From Candidatus Omnitrophota bacterium (GTDB lineage Bacteria; Omnitrophota; Gorgyraeia; Gygaellales; Profunditerraquicolaceae): 64,000 nt of DNA. The notes beneath the pieces are model-generated. The model worked only from the letters and a program-made list of their open reading frames with translations, did no database searches and was not told the origin of the DNA. Numbering within the stretch: position 1 is the stretch's first letter; each line of letters begins with the position of its first letter. The translations under genes were made by a program, and so were the position numbers. The stretch lies in assembly GCA_022710715.1 (NCBI GenBank), contig JAKLGJ010000004.1, forward strand, positions 192,166 to 256,165. Reading direction: 5' to 3'. Shown here one piece after another: positions 39,956-49,951 of this stretch.

Positions 39956-41290
39956 ATGGCAACCGCCAATAAAGACTTAGTCCCGCCGCAAAATCTGGAA
40001 GCAGAGATGGCTGTCCTCGGTTCCATGCTTATCGATGACAATGCCATCGGCGTTGCCATTGAGACGCTGGAAAGTCCCGTTTTCTACAAGGACGCCCACC
40101 GCAGGATCTATGAAGTGATCTTGAGCCTGTATAACAACAATAAGGCCGTCGACCTGATCACGCTGACCGACGAATTGAAGCGTCTGGGTTTTCTGGAAGC
40201 GGTCGGCGGCGCGAGTTTTCTCACCGAGCTGGTCAATTCCGTCCCCACCGCGGCAAATATCAACCATTATGTTTCCATCGTCAAAGAGAAGAGCATCCTT
40301 CGCACGCTGATCACCAATTCCACCAGGATCGTTTCTTTGTGCTATGACAGCGACGGTAATATCGTCGATGTCGTCGATGAAGCCGAGCGGTTGATCTTCG
40401 AGATCAGCGAGAACAAGAACAAAGGCAGTTCCGTACATTTGAAGGATATCGTCAAGAGCAGCATCGAGACGATCGACCGTCTCTACCAGAAGAAGGCGCA
40501 CGTTACCGGCGTTCCGACCGGTTTTGTCGATTTCGACATGAAGACCGCCGGGTTGCAGCCATCCGACCTGATCATCATCGCGGGTCGGCCTTCGATGGGC
40601 AAGAGCGCTCTGGCGTTGAGCATGGCGGAGCACGCCGGCGTCACGTCCAAGATCCCGGTTGCGGTTTTCAGCCTGGAAATGTCCAAGGAGCAACTGGTGC
40701 AGAGAATGCTTTGTTCGCACGCGCGGGTTGACGCCAACAAAGTGCGCACCGGTTACCTGGCCGCTTCGGACTGGCCCCGTTTGACCGCCGCCGCAGGCAA
40801 ATTATCCGAGGCGCCGATCTATATCGACGATACTCCGGCTATCTCGGTAATGGAATTACGCGCCAAGGCCCGGCGTCTGAAAGCCAATTACGATATCCAG
40901 CTGATCGTCCTTGATTATCTGCAGCTGATGCGCGGCGCTTCGGGAATGGAGAGCCGGCAGCAGGAAATTTCCGAGATATCCCGGTCGCTCAAGGCGCTGG
41001 CCCGCGAACTGCGGGTGCCGATTATCGGGATCAGCCAGTTGTCCCGCGCGGTGGAATCCCGGACGGACCACAAGCCGCAATTGTCCGACTTACGGGAATC
41101 CGGCGCGATCGAGCAGGACGCCGATGTGGTGGTCCTTATCCTGCGGGAAGAGTATTATAATCCCACTCCCGAAAACAAGGGCATTGCCGAGATCATCATC
41201 GCCAAGCAGCGCAACGGCCCGGTGGGGACCGTGAAACTTACCTTCTTGAGCGAATATACCAGATTCGAAAATCTCACCCAGTCCGAATAA
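39956..41290 (+). CDS. dnaB: Replicative DNA helicase
   Basis: DnaB N-terminal domain plus RecA-like core with Walker A GRPSMGKS. 444 aa, no intein. Confidence 0.9.
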   Translation: MATANKDLVPPQNLEAEMAVLGSMLIDDNAIGVAIETLESPVFYKDAHRRIYEVILSLYNNNKAVDLITLTDELKRLGFLEAVGGASFLTELVNSVPTAANINHYVSIVKEKSILRTLITNSTRIVSLCYDSDGNIVDVVDEAERLIFEISENKNKGSSVHLKDIVKSSIETIDRLYQKKAHVTGVPTGFVDFDMKTAGLQPSDLIIIAGRPSMGKSALALSMAEHAGVTSKIPVAVFSLEMSKEQLVQRMLCSHARVDANKVRTGYLAASDWPRLTAAAGKLSEAPIYIDDTPAISVMELRAKARRLKANYDIQLIVLDYLQLMRGASGMESRQQEISEISRSLKALARELRVPIIGISQLSRAVESRTDHKPQLSDLRESGAIEQDADVVVLILREEYYNPTPENKGIAEIIIAKQRNGPVGTVKLTFLSEYTRFENLTQSE

Positions 41291-41347
41291 ACCCTCCTGT
41301 TCTCAAGAACTTCGCAACGGCCAGCGCATCTGCAGAGAGAAAAGTAA

Positions 41348-41376
41348 TTTACATTTAAAAATAAGTATGTTATACT
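41348..41376 (+). promoter_or_regulatory. Sigma70-like promoter upstream of bamA
   Basis: TTTACA at 41348-41353, a 17 nt spacer and TATACT at 41371-41376. Confidence 0.4.
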
Positions 41377-41434
41377 GATGCAATTAGTTTTTGTATGTTA
41401 ATCATGCCTGCAACTCTCGTGGAAAGAGGATGGG

Positions 41435-43813
41435 ATGAAAAAAACCGCTCTGCTGTTCGCTCTGTTTCTATGCCTCATAAACGCACGGTGTGCGTGGTCT
41501 CAAGAGAGTTCCGCCGCGAATAAAACAGAATCAAAACTTGTTTCAACGATTGAGGTTAGAGGAAATCAGAGCATCAGCACCAATACGATCGTTTCCAAGC
41601 TGCGCACGCAGATAGGCAGTCCGTTCCACGACACGATTATCAGCGATGATATCAAGAATCTCTATAAGCTGGGATTCTTCAGCGATATCAAAGTCGATAC
41701 CGCAGTCCAGGAAGACGGAGTCAAGGTTATCATTACCGTTATAGAACGCCCGATCATCGAAAAAGTCACGTTCTCCGGCAACAAGCAGTTTACCCTGAAA
41801 CAACTCGAGTCCATCGTCAAAGAGGTCCGTAAAGATAAGGCTGAAGTGCTGGTGGAAGTGCCGGAAGACGGCGCTTTCGCTTCCAAGGAAGGGCAATTCC
41901 TCGATCAACTGAATCTTGATGACGATGTGAGAGCGATCACGCGGGCCTACGAGCGCAAAGGCTACAATCAGATCCAGGTCACCCATACCAGCGATGTCGA
42001 TCTGGCGACCAACAAAGCCAGGGTTGTTTTCAAGATCATCGAAGGCAAGAAAAAACGGATAAAGGTTATTTACGTCGAAGGGAATAATACTTTTCCGGAT
42101 AACCGGATTCTCAAGCTGATCAAGACCAAGAAAGCCTGGTTGTTCAATCCGGGCATTCTCAAGGATGACGTGTTCAGCGAGGATATCGATCGCATCAAGT
42201 CTTTCTATCAGCGCGAGGGGTTTACGGATGTGACGGTTGATTCCGAGATGAAAACCGATCCCCGCGGCCGGTTCTGGTACATCTCCCTGAAGATCCAGGA
42301 AGGGAAACGTTATTATGTCGGCACCCTTACCGTCAAGGGGAATGTCGATGTTCCCGAGCAGTTGATCTTGAGCAAAGTGGAGCAATCGCTGCCCGATAAG
42401 ATCTTCAGCGCGGATCGTCTGGATGAGGATATCATGAGCATCCAGAGCGTCTATTTTGACCGCGGGTATATCGCTGCCCGGGTTGATCCCGCCACGTCAT
42501 TGAATCCGGAGACCGGGAAAGTCGATATACAGCTGCAGGTGCAGGAAAACGAGATCGCATACGTCAATAAGATCAACATCCGCGGCAACATTAAGACCAA
42601 GGATCTGGTGATCCGCCGCGAGATGCGCATCAAACCCGGCGAACGGTTTGACGGAGATAAGTTGCGTCGCAGCAAGGAGCGTTTGCAGAATCTGGGTTAT
42701 TTTGAGGAAGTCAGCTACGATACCGAAGACACCGGTGAACCGAACAAGAAAGATCTTATCGTAGACGTCAAAGAGAGTAAGACCGGAGCCTTCAGCTTCG
42801 GCGGCGGTTATTCCAGCGTCGACAATCTGGTCGGGTTCCTTGAGGTCGAACAGAAGAATTTCGACTGGAAGAACTGGCCGTATTTTACCGGAGCCGGTCA
42901 GGATTTGAAAGCGCGCGCGTCTTTCGGTTCCTATTCGCAGGGGTACGAGTTGAGCTTTACCGAACCCTGGATGTTCGATTATCCCGTTTCGTTCGGTTTC
43001 GATCTCTACAAACATAGCCGCGAACGCGAGGAAGATACCGGGTACGGGTATGATGAAGACGTTACCGGAGGCGATCTGCGGCTGGGCAAAGAACTCTCCG
43101 AATATGTCCGGGCGAATCTGACCTATACCTACGATACGATAAAGATTACCAATATTTCAACCGATGCCACCCAGGATCTGAAAGCGGAAGAAGGGACGAA
43201 TCAAGTCAGCAGCATGGAATTCGGATTGTCGTTCGACAACCGCGATAATGTTTTTGATCCCACCCGCGGGGATTTGTTGACCGGCTCGATGCAGGTTGCC
43301 GGCGGACCGTTCGGCGGAGATAAAGAGTTCTGGAAGTTTTTTGGAAGAGAATCTCATTATCTGAAGTTGTTCAAGAGAGCGGTGGTTGAATTCAAGGGCA
43401 GGGTGGGGCTGGCGGATACGTATGAGGATTCCGAACGTATTCCGATCTATGAGCGGTTTTTTGCCGGCGGCGCGTATACTGTCAGGGGATACCGCGAGCG
43501 TAAGGTGGGGCCGGTCGACTCTGTCAGCGGAGATCCGTTAGGCGGCGAGGCGCTTCTGGTCGGCAATATCGAATACCTCTATCCGGTGGTCAACTTCATG
43601 AAGCTGGCTCTTTTTTACGATGTAGGTAATGTCTGGTCCCGCTCCAGCGATCTGGGTTCAGGCGGTTTCAAGTCCTCTTACGGCTTCGGGATGCGTCTGA
43701 AAACCCCGATCGGTCCGGTCATGCTTGATTACGGCATTCCGTTGAATAAAGAATCCGGACGGGATAAGAAGGACAGCGGGCGTTTCCATTTCAGCATGAG
43801 TCATGGTTTTTAA
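41435..43813 (+). CDS. bamA: Outer membrane protein assembly factor BamA (Omp85)
   Basis: Signal peptide, five POTRA-like segments and a C-terminal beta-barrel ending in HFSMSHGF. Confidence 0.88.
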   Translation: MKKTALLFALFLCLINARCAWSQESSAANKTESKLVSTIEVRGNQSISTNTIVSKLRTQIGSPFHDTIISDDIKNLYKLGFFSDIKVDTAVQEDGVKVIITVIERPIIEKVTFSGNKQFTLKQLESIVKEVRKDKAEVLVEVPEDGAFASKEGQFLDQLNLDDDVRAITRAYERKGYNQIQVTHTSDVDLATNKARVVFKIIEGKKKRIKVIYVEGNNTFPDNRILKLIKTKKAWLFNPGILKDDVFSEDIDRIKSFYQREGFTDVTVDSEMKTDPRGRFWYISLKIQEGKRYYVGTLTVKGNVDVPEQLILSKVEQSLPDKIFSADRLDEDIMSIQSVYFDRGYIAARVDPATSLNPETGKVDIQLQVQENEIAYVNKINIRGNIKTKDLVIRREMRIKPGERFDGDKLRRSKERLQNLGYFEEVSYDTEDTGEPNKKDLIVDVKESKTGAFSFGGGYSSVDNLVGFLEVEQKNFDWKNWPYFTGAGQDLKARASFGSYSQGYELSFTEPWMFDYPVSFGFDLYKHSREREEDTGYGYDEDVTGGDLRLGKELSEYVRANLTYTYDTIKITNISTDATQDLKAEEGTNQVSSMEFGLSFDNRDNVFDPTRGDLLTGSMQVAGGPFGGDKEFWKFFGRESHYLKLFKRAVVEFKGRVGLADTYEDSERIPIYERFFAGGAYTVRGYRERKVGPVDSVSGDPLGGEALLVGNIEYLYPVVNFMKLALFYDVGNVWSRSSDLGSGGFKSSYGFGMRLKTPIGPVMLDYGIPLNKESGRDKKDSGRFHFSMSHGF

Positions 43814-43924
43814 AGGATAGCACTATCAACACCACGTCTCTGTTGCGTACAGTCTTGAAGCACTGATACCGTGTTTCGGGAAAAAGGCTTATGCGGTCAG
43901 GGATAAAAAAAGAGGAGAAGTAAG

Positions 43925-44440
43925 ATGAAAAAGCTGCACCTGTTGTTGGGAGTAAGCATGTTGGCATGGTTGATCGGCCTGGGGATCGTCAGCACTGCGC
44001 ACGCAGCGGATAAATTTGCCTATGTTGATCTGACCCGGATTTTCAGCGAATATAGCAAGACCAAGGATTATGATAAGGCTCTGGGGAATAAGCAGGATGC
44101 GTACGAGAAAGAAAGAGACAAGCTGGTCAACGATGTCAAACAATTCCAGGATAAGATGAACCTGTTGAGCGATAAAGAGAAGGAAGCCAAGAAGACCGAG
44201 CTGGAAAACAAGATCAAGAGCCTGCAGGAATTCGATCGTCAGAAGCAGACTGATCTGCGCAAAGAGCAGGATGACAAGATGAAAGAACTGCTCAAGGATA
44301 TCAACGACACCATCAAGCAATTTGCCGAGAAGGAAGGCTACACCATGGTGTTTAATGACCGCGTTCTGGTGTATCAGGATAAGAATCTGGATATCACCGA
44401 TAAAATCATCGAGCTTATTAATAAAGGCTCCAAGAAATAA
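43925..44440 (+). CDS. skp: OmpH/Skp periplasmic chaperone
   Basis: Signal peptide and a coiled-coil Lys/Glu-rich Skp-like domain, between bamA and lpxD. Confidence 0.8.
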   Translation: MKKLHLLLGVSMLAWLIGLGIVSTAHAADKFAYVDLTRIFSEYSKTKDYDKALGNKQDAYEKERDKLVNDVKQFQDKMNLLSDKEKEAKKTELENKIKSLQEFDRQKQTDLRKEQDDKMKELLKDINDTIKQFAEKEGYTMVFNDRVLVYQDKNLDITDKIIELINKGSKK

Positions 44441-44445
44441 TCAGT

Positions 44446-45483
44446 ATGCCCAAGACGCTCAAAGAAATTGCCCGTTTAGTGAACGGTGAGATTGTCGGCG
44501 ATGAGAACCTGAAGATCACGGGCGTAGCGGGGATCCAGGAGGCGTCTGAAGGTGATATCACCTTCCTGGCTAACCCCAAATACCTGCCGTTTCTTCCCGT
44601 GACCAGGGCTTCGGCTGTGATCACGGGACGCTCCGTCGAGTCCGGCGGCAAGACGATCCTGCGCGTCGATAATCCTTCGCTCGCTTTTACCGAAGTGGTT
44701 TCTTTCGTTCTGCCGCAGGAGAAGGTCAAACATCCCGCGGGCGTCCATCCGGGGGCGATCATCAGCGCGACGGCCCGGCTGGGAGCGGGGACGGCTGTCG
44801 GCGCCTGCGCGGTGATAGAAGACGGCGCGACTATCGGAGAGAACAGCGTCATCTACCCGGGTTGTTATGTCGGTCGCAACTGCCGCATCGGCAGCGCGAC
44901 GGTGATTTATCCGAATGTTTCTATCCGCGAGGAAGCGGTTATCGGCAGCCGGGTGATCATTCACAGCGGCGCGGTGATCGGCTCCGACGGGTTCGGGTTC
45001 GTCACGGTTGAGGGGCGGCATCGCAAGATTCCCCAGGTCGGGATCGTCGTGGTCGAGGATGACGTCGAGATCGGCGCGGGAGTGACTATCGACCGCGCCC
45101 GTTTTGATAAGACCGTCATCGGCCAGGGGACCAAGATCGATAACCTGGTGCATATCGCGCATAACGTGATCATCGGCAAGAACTGCCTTATTGTCGCCCA
45201 GGTCGGTATTTCAGGCAGCTCCAGCCTCGGTAATAATGTTATACTCGCCGGACAGGTCGGGGTGGTCGGCCATGTCCATATCGGGGATAACTCCGTGGTC
45301 ATGGCTCAATCCGGGGTGAGTAAATCGCTCGCCGAGAATAGCGCGGTCTGGGGAACGCCGGCCAGGCAAATCGACGTCGCCAAGAAGATCAGCGCGTATA
45401 TCTCGAATTTACCCAAGATGGCCGAAACGATCAAAGAATTGAAACAGAGAATCGCCGAACTTGAAAAAAAGCTAACCGCATAA
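44446..45483 (+). CDS. lpxD: UDP-3-O-(3-hydroxyacyl)glucosamine N-acyltransferase
   Basis: LpxD N-terminal domain and hexapeptide repeats. Confidence 0.88.
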   Translation: MPKTLKEIARLVNGEIVGDENLKITGVAGIQEASEGDITFLANPKYLPFLPVTRASAVITGRSVESGGKTILRVDNPSLAFTEVVSFVLPQEKVKHPAGVHPGAIISATARLGAGTAVGACAVIEDGATIGENSVIYPGCYVGRNCRIGSATVIYPNVSIREEAVIGSRVIIHSGAVIGSDGFGFVTVEGRHRKIPQVGIVVVEDDVEIGAGVTIDRARFDKTVIGQGTKIDNLVHIAHNVIIGKNCLIVAQVGISGSSSLGNNVILAGQVGVVGHVHIGDNSVVMAQSGVSKSLAENSAVWGTPARQIDVAKKISAYISNLPKMAETIKELKQRIAELEKKLTA

Positions 45484-45495
45484 TACAACTACGCT

Positions 45496-46812
45496 ATGGC
45501 AAAACAGAAAACAATCGCGAAGGAAACAAGCATTCAGGGCGTGGGGCTGCATACCGGCCAGCGCGCGCGCGTAGTCTTCAAGCCTGCCGCTGCCGACAGC
45601 GGTATTCAATTCGTGCGCACGGATTTGCCGGCGCAGCCGGTGATCCGCGTCGGCATGGACGCTCCCATAGAACGTTCGGGCAGCCTGCGCTGCAGTTTCC
45701 TGGGACAGGCGGAGAACCAGATCCAGACGGTAGAGCATCTGCTGGCGGCATTGAACGGTCTGGGTATCGATACCATACGCATCGAGGTCGACGCCAGCGA
45801 GATCCCGGGGATGGACGGCAGCAGCAAAGAGTTCTGCGAGCTCCTGGAGAAAGCGGGTATCCGGGAACTGGAAGCCGATGCCCGGACTATCGCCGTGAAG
45901 GAGCCGATCGTCATTCAGGACAACCGGGCCAGCATCACGGCATTGCCCTATGACGGTTTGAAGATTTCTTACACGTTGAGTTACGATCATCCTTTTCTGC
46001 AGGCCCAGTTCCTCGAAATGGAGATTACGCCTGCGGTATTCAAACAGCACCTGGCCGCCGCCAGGACCTTTTGTCTGGAAGACGAAGTGGAGCATCTGCG
46101 CACCAAAGGGTTCGGTAAAGGCGCCAATTACGACAATACCCTGGTGGTCGGCAAAAAAGGGGTGATCAGGAACAGTTTGCGTTACCCCGATGAATTCGTG
46201 CGCCACAAAATTCTCGACCTGATCGGCGATATTTACAGCCGGGGCGTGGCGGTCAAAGGTCATATTATCGCTTTGCGCAGCGGTCATTCCCTGAACATCC
46301 AGCTGGTCAAGCGGATACTGGCGCAGCAGAGTGCGGCCGTTCCCGCGGTGCCGGAATCCCGGGAAGTCATTCCGGGCTCCGGATTGGATGTCAACCAGAT
46401 CATGAAGATTATCCCGCACCGGGAACCGTTTTTATTCGTGGACCGGATCATTTCGCTGGAACCCGGCAAGAGTATCGTGGGTATCAAGAACGTCACCATC
46501 AACGATTACTTCTTCCGGGGGCATTTCCCGGGCAAACCCGTTATGCCGGGCGTGCTCATTATCGAAGCCATGGCCCAGGTCGGCGGAGTGATGATGCTTT
46601 CCCAGCCGGGCAACCAGGGAAAGATCGCTTTTTTCATGCTTATCAATAACGCTAAATTCAGGAAAGTAGTCGTTCCCGGCGATCAGCTGGTATTCGAGGT
46701 GAGGTCGCTGCGGGTAAAATCAAGGATCGGCCAGCTCTATGGCACGGCATCCGTCGACGGAAAAGTGGTCGCAGAAGCGGAATTGACCTGCGCCCTTGAT
46801 GAATCGTCTTAA
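45496..46812 (+). CDS. lpxC-fabZ: Bifunctional UDP-3-O-acyl-GlcNAc deacetylase / 3-hydroxyacyl-ACP dehydratase (LpxC-FabZ fusion)
   Basis: N-terminal LpxC (zinc ligands HKxLD) fused to a C-terminal FabZ hotdog (GHFPGKPVMPGVLIIEAMAQ). Confidence 0.85.
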   Translation: MAKQKTIAKETSIQGVGLHTGQRARVVFKPAAADSGIQFVRTDLPAQPVIRVGMDAPIERSGSLRCSFLGQAENQIQTVEHLLAALNGLGIDTIRIEVDASEIPGMDGSSKEFCELLEKAGIRELEADARTIAVKEPIVIQDNRASITALPYDGLKISYTLSYDHPFLQAQFLEMEITPAVFKQHLAAARTFCLEDEVEHLRTKGFGKGANYDNTLVVGKKGVIRNSLRYPDEFVRHKILDLIGDIYSRGVAVKGHIIALRSGHSLNIQLVKRILAQQSAAVPAVPESREVIPGSGLDVNQIMKIIPHREPFLFVDRIISLEPGKSIVGIKNVTINDYFFRGHFPGKPVMPGVLIIEAMAQVGGVMMLSQPGNQGKIAFFMLINNAKFRKVVVPGDQLVFEVRSLRVKSRIGQLYGTASVDGKVVAEAELTCALDESS

Positions 46813-46834
46813 CTCGTACAGGGGTTAACTCTCT

Positions 46835-47656
46835 ATGAATATACATCCTACGGCACTCGTTTCCCAGAAAGCGCATCTGGCCGCTGACGTGCAGGTCGGC
46901 CCGTTCGCGATCATCGAAGATAACGTCACTATCGGCAGCGGGACCAAAATCGGCGCGTATTGCCTGGTTACCGGTCACACCACTATCGGCAAGCAGTGCG
47001 AAATCTTTACCGGCGCGATCGTCGGCGCCCGCCCCCAGGACCTGAAATTCAAAGGCGAAAAAAGTTTTCTGGAGATCGGCGATCATAACACTATCCGCGA
47101 ATATTGCACGATCAATCCCGGGACAGGCGAAGGCGGTAAGACCGTTATCGGCAGTCATAATCTCTTTATGGCTAACGCGCATATCGCGCACGATTGCATC
47201 GTGGGCGACCATTGCATCATCGTCAATTGCGGCACGCTGGGAGGGCATGTTTGTGTCGAAGATTATGGTTTCGTCAGCGGATTGACCGCGGTGCATCAGT
47301 TCGTCCGGGTGGGAAAACATTCCATACTCGGCGGTTGTTCCAAGGCGATTCAGGATATCCCGCCATTTTCGACCTGCGATGGACATCCGGCCAGGGTATT
47401 CGGTCTGAACCTGATCGGCCTCAAACGCCACGGCGTTTCGGTTGAATCGATAAAATGTCTCAAACGCGCTTTTCGCGTCCTCTTTAATTCCGGCATCCCG
47501 GCCAAAAAAGCCGCGGATCAGCTCGATCCGGCATTGATGACCAATAAAGATGTTGCCTACCTGGTTGAGTTCATCAAGAATTCTGAACGGGGCGTTGCTC
47601 GCTCCTGCCAGAAGGATGATTACTCTGAAGGGGATGGTCCCGACGTCCGGATTTAA
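46835..47656 (+). CDS. lpxA: Acyl-ACP--UDP-GlcNAc O-acyltransferase
   Basis: LpxA hexapeptide repeats and C-terminal helical domain. Confidence 0.88.
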   Translation: MNIHPTALVSQKAHLAADVQVGPFAIIEDNVTIGSGTKIGAYCLVTGHTTIGKQCEIFTGAIVGARPQDLKFKGEKSFLEIGDHNTIREYCTINPGTGEGGKTVIGSHNLFMANAHIAHDCIVGDHCIIVNCGTLGGHVCVEDYGFVSGLTAVHQFVRVGKHSILGGCSKAIQDIPPFSTCDGHPARVFGLNLIGLKRHGVSVESIKCLKRAFRVLFNSGIPAKKAADQLDPALMTNKDVAYLVEFIKNSERGVARSCQKDDYSEGDGPDVRI

Positions 47657-47699
47657 GCGCTTGCCCTTTTAGGAAACCAATCACAGCGAAGGTAGAGCC

Positions 47700-48524
47700 A
47701 TGGAGAGAATCGGATTAATTGCTGGGAACAGACGTTTTCCGATTGTTTTCGCCCAGGCTGCGCGCAAAGCCCGTCAGCCGGTAGTCGCGATCGCGATCAA
47801 AGGCGAAACCTCCCGGCAATTGGCCAGGCTGGTAGAAAAGGTTTACTGGCTGTCTTTGAAGGATTTCGACCGGCTCTTCGATATTTTCCAGTCCGAAGGG
47901 ATTACCCGGGTGGTGATGGCCGGACAGATCAGCCCTTTCCGACTGTTCAGCCGGGAAGTCAGGGAGAGCCGGAGTTTACAGAAGTTGCTGGCGGCGATGA
48001 AAGACCGCAAAGCCAATACCATCTTCTCATCGATCGCCGGTCAGATGGAAAAAGCCGGGATACAGCTGATCGATTCCACCACGTTCCTGCAGGATCAGAT
48101 TCCCGGCGTCGGGGTGTTGACGCGGCGCCAGCCAACCGCCGAAGAATGGGCGGATGTGCGTTTTGGCTATGAGCTGGCTAAGAAAATCGCCGACCTGGAC
48201 ATCGGACTGACCATCGGGGTAAAGAATAAAGCCGTAGTCGGGGTTGAAGCCCTGGAAGGAACCGATAATCTTATCCGCCGGGCCGGGCGGATCGCCCGGG
48301 GCAACCTGGTGGTGATCAAAGTCGGCCGCACCGGTCAGGATATGCGTTTTGATATTCCGGTAGTCGGTCTGCAGACGGTCAAAACCCTGGTGAAGGCCGG
48401 AGCGAGCTGTCTGGCTATGGAATCCGGAACAACGCTGATTCTCGATCGGCAGGAGGTGATCCGTCTGGCGGATGCCCGCGGTATTGCTCTGGTTGCCGTG
48501 AAGGCGGTTAATAAAAATCCTTGA
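47700..48524 (+). CDS. lpxI: UDP-2,3-diacylglucosamine pyrophosphatase LpxI (DUF1009)
   Basis: DUF1009 family, immediately downstream of lpxA. Confidence 0.75.
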   Translation: MERIGLIAGNRRFPIVFAQAARKARQPVVAIAIKGETSRQLARLVEKVYWLSLKDFDRLFDIFQSEGITRVVMAGQISPFRLFSREVRESRSLQKLLAAMKDRKANTIFSSIAGQMEKAGIQLIDSTTFLQDQIPGVGVLTRRQPTAEEWADVRFGYELAKKIADLDIGLTIGVKNKAVVGVEALEGTDNLIRRAGRIARGNLVVIKVGRTGQDMRFDIPVVGLQTVKTLVKAGASCLAMESGTTLILDRQEVIRLADARGIALVAVKAVNKNP

Positions 48525-48548
48525 CACACTTTGAATATGGTGTATGAT
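48521..48548 (+). promoter_or_regulatory. Sigma70-like promoter for the CBM48-like gene
   Basis: TTGACA at 48521-48526, a 16 nt spacer and TATGAT at 48543-48548. Confidence 0.5.
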
Positions 48549-48574
48549 AACTAATTGTGACAAAGGAGGTTAAC

Positions 48575-48877
48575 ATGCCAAGAACAGGCACAGTGTCAAA
48601 AACAGATTCAAAGCCGAAGGTGGCAAAAGTTACGCAGTTCAAAATAGCCATGCCTAAGGCCAAAAGGGTCAGTGTAGCGGGGACGTTCAATAATTGGGAT
48701 ACAAACAGTCTTCTAGCCAAGAAAGACGTCAAGGGAACCTGGGCAGTTAAGGTTAACCTGACGCCCGGCACATACGAATATAAGTTCTTTGTTGACGGGT
48801 CCTGGCTCAATGATCCTCAATCCCAAGTGGTGTATAACTCTTTTGGGACCCAGAATTCGGTTATCGAAGTAAAATAG
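48575..48877 (+). CDS. Stand-alone glycogen/starch-binding CBM48 (AMPK-beta/isoamylase N-terminal-like) domain protein
   Basis: AGGAGG RBS 8 nt upstream of the ATG at 48575. The KRVSVAGTFNNWD...YEYKFFVDGSWLNDP pattern is typical of CBM48. Confidence 0.7.
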   Translation: MPRTGTVSKTDSKPKVAKVTQFKIAMPKAKRVSVAGTFNNWDTNSLLAKKDVKGTWAVKVNLTPGTYEYKFFVDGSWLNDPQSQVVYNSFGTQNSVIEVK

Positions 48878-48878
48878 G

Positions 48879-48933
48879 ATAATCCCCCACTTTCAAGATG
48901 CCTAAGCAGTTATTTTGAAACGTGGGGGATTAT
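48879..48933 (+). terminator. Long imperfect hairpin terminator after the CBM48-like gene
   Basis: 12 bp stem ATAATCCCCCAC/GTGGGGGATTAT with a structured 31 nt loop, followed by a T-rich tract. Confidence 0.5.
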
Positions 48934-48941
48934 TGTTTATT

Positions 48942-49661
48942 ATGAAAAGCATTTATGGTCCGGTGCAGTCAAGACGGTTAGGTTTCTCGCTGGGCATTTC
49001 GCTGACGCCGCATAAGACCTGCAGTTTTGACTGTGTTTATTGCCAGCTGGGGGCTTCTGCCCGCAGGACCCGGGAACGCAAACCCTACGTTCCCGTTGAA
49101 GATGTTCTGGCAGAATTGCGGGCGTGGCTGGCGGATAACGCGGCTCTGGCCGGAAAGCTCGATTATGTGACTCTTTCGGGTTCCGGCGAGCCGGTATTGC
49201 ACAGCGGTATCGGGCAGATCATTGCCGGGATCAAAGCATTGACGGCGATCCCGGTTTGTTTGATCACCAATTCTTCATTGCTGGTCGATGCTGCGGTAAG
49301 AAAATCGATCCTGGGCGCGGATGTGATCATTCCTTCTCTGGATGCGGCTACGCAGGATATTTTTGAGCGGATAGACCGGCCGATGCCCGGTATCCAGGTG
49401 GAAGATATTATCGCTGCGCTGGTCGCTCTACGCAAAGAATACGCCGGCAGGATCTGGCTGGAAGTGATGCTGGTTAAAGGTATCAATGATAGCCGCGAGC
49501 ATATCAAATTGCTGGCGCAGACGGTGAAACGCATCGGCCCGGATAAATGCCAGCTTACTTCGCCGGTGCGCTGCACCGCGGAAAAGGATATCTTTCCGGT
49601 GGAACGCGGCGCGATGGAATCGTTCTGCGCGCTTATCGGCGGCGTCTGCGAAGTATATTGA
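48942..49661 (+). CDS. Radical SAM protein (small, no SPASM domain; family unassigned)
   Basis: CSFDCVYC CxxxCxxC cluster motif near the N-terminus. ATG at 48942; the ORF-track start at 48915 is TTG, inside the terminator hairpin. Confidence 0.7.
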   Translation: MKSIYGPVQSRRLGFSLGISLTPHKTCSFDCVYCQLGASARRTRERKPYVPVEDVLAELRAWLADNAALAGKLDYVTLSGSGEPVLHSGIGQIIAGIKALTAIPVCLITNSSLLVDAAVRKSILGADVIIPSLDAATQDIFERIDRPMPGIQVEDIIAALVALRKEYAGRIWLEVMLVKGINDSREHIKLLAQTVKRIGPDKCQLTSPVRCTAEKDIFPVERGAMESFCALIGGVCEVY

Positions 49662-49684
49662 CCGGGGAACGTCCCCATAGAAGC

Positions 49685-49838
49685 GGATGATAGCTGCGCC
49701 TGTCCCTGCAGATGTGCTGCGCACATCTATGCGCAGGGACACGGCGCGAAACGGATCATAGCTGCGCCTGCCCCTGCAGATGTGCTGCGCACATCTATGC
49801 GCAGGGACACGGCGCGAAACGGATCATAGCTGCGCCTG
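49685..49838 (+). repeat. Tandem 68 bp direct repeat (2.26 copies) ending in the tRNA-Arg 5' end
   Basis: Units begin at 49685, 49753 and 49821 (period 68). Each carries GGAT(G/C)ATAGCTGCGCCTG, identical to the tRNA-Arg leader plus first 7 nt, then a 39 nt hairpin GTCCCTGCAGATGTGC-TGC-GCACATCT-ATGC-GCAGGGAC (49702-49740 and 49770-49808). The third unit continues into the real tRNA. Confidence 0.8.
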
Positions 49839-49905
49839 TAGCTCAATTGGATAGAGCGCCAGCCTTCGGAGCTGGGCGTTGCAGGTTCAAGTCCTGCCAG
49901 GCGCA
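49832..49905 (+). tRNA. tRNA-Arg (anticodon UCG)
   Basis: Cloverleaf: acceptor GCGCCTG/CAGGCGC, D stem GCTC/GAGC, anticodon stem CCAGC/GCTGG with loop CTTCGGA, T arm GCAGG-TTCAAGT-CCTGC. Confidence 0.8.
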
Positions 49906-49951
49906 TTGAGTTTGAGGAAGCCGGGAGCAGGGAAATTTTGTTGATTTGCTG

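Noticed and set aside
39956-41290. A possible third intein in DnaB, a common intein host
   Set aside because: DnaB is 444 aa with contiguous helicase motifs and no insert.
49685-49838. Whether the 68 bp repeats are a CRISPR array
   Set aside because: There are only two full units, directly abutting with no spacers. The third unit is the tRNA itself and there are no cas genes.
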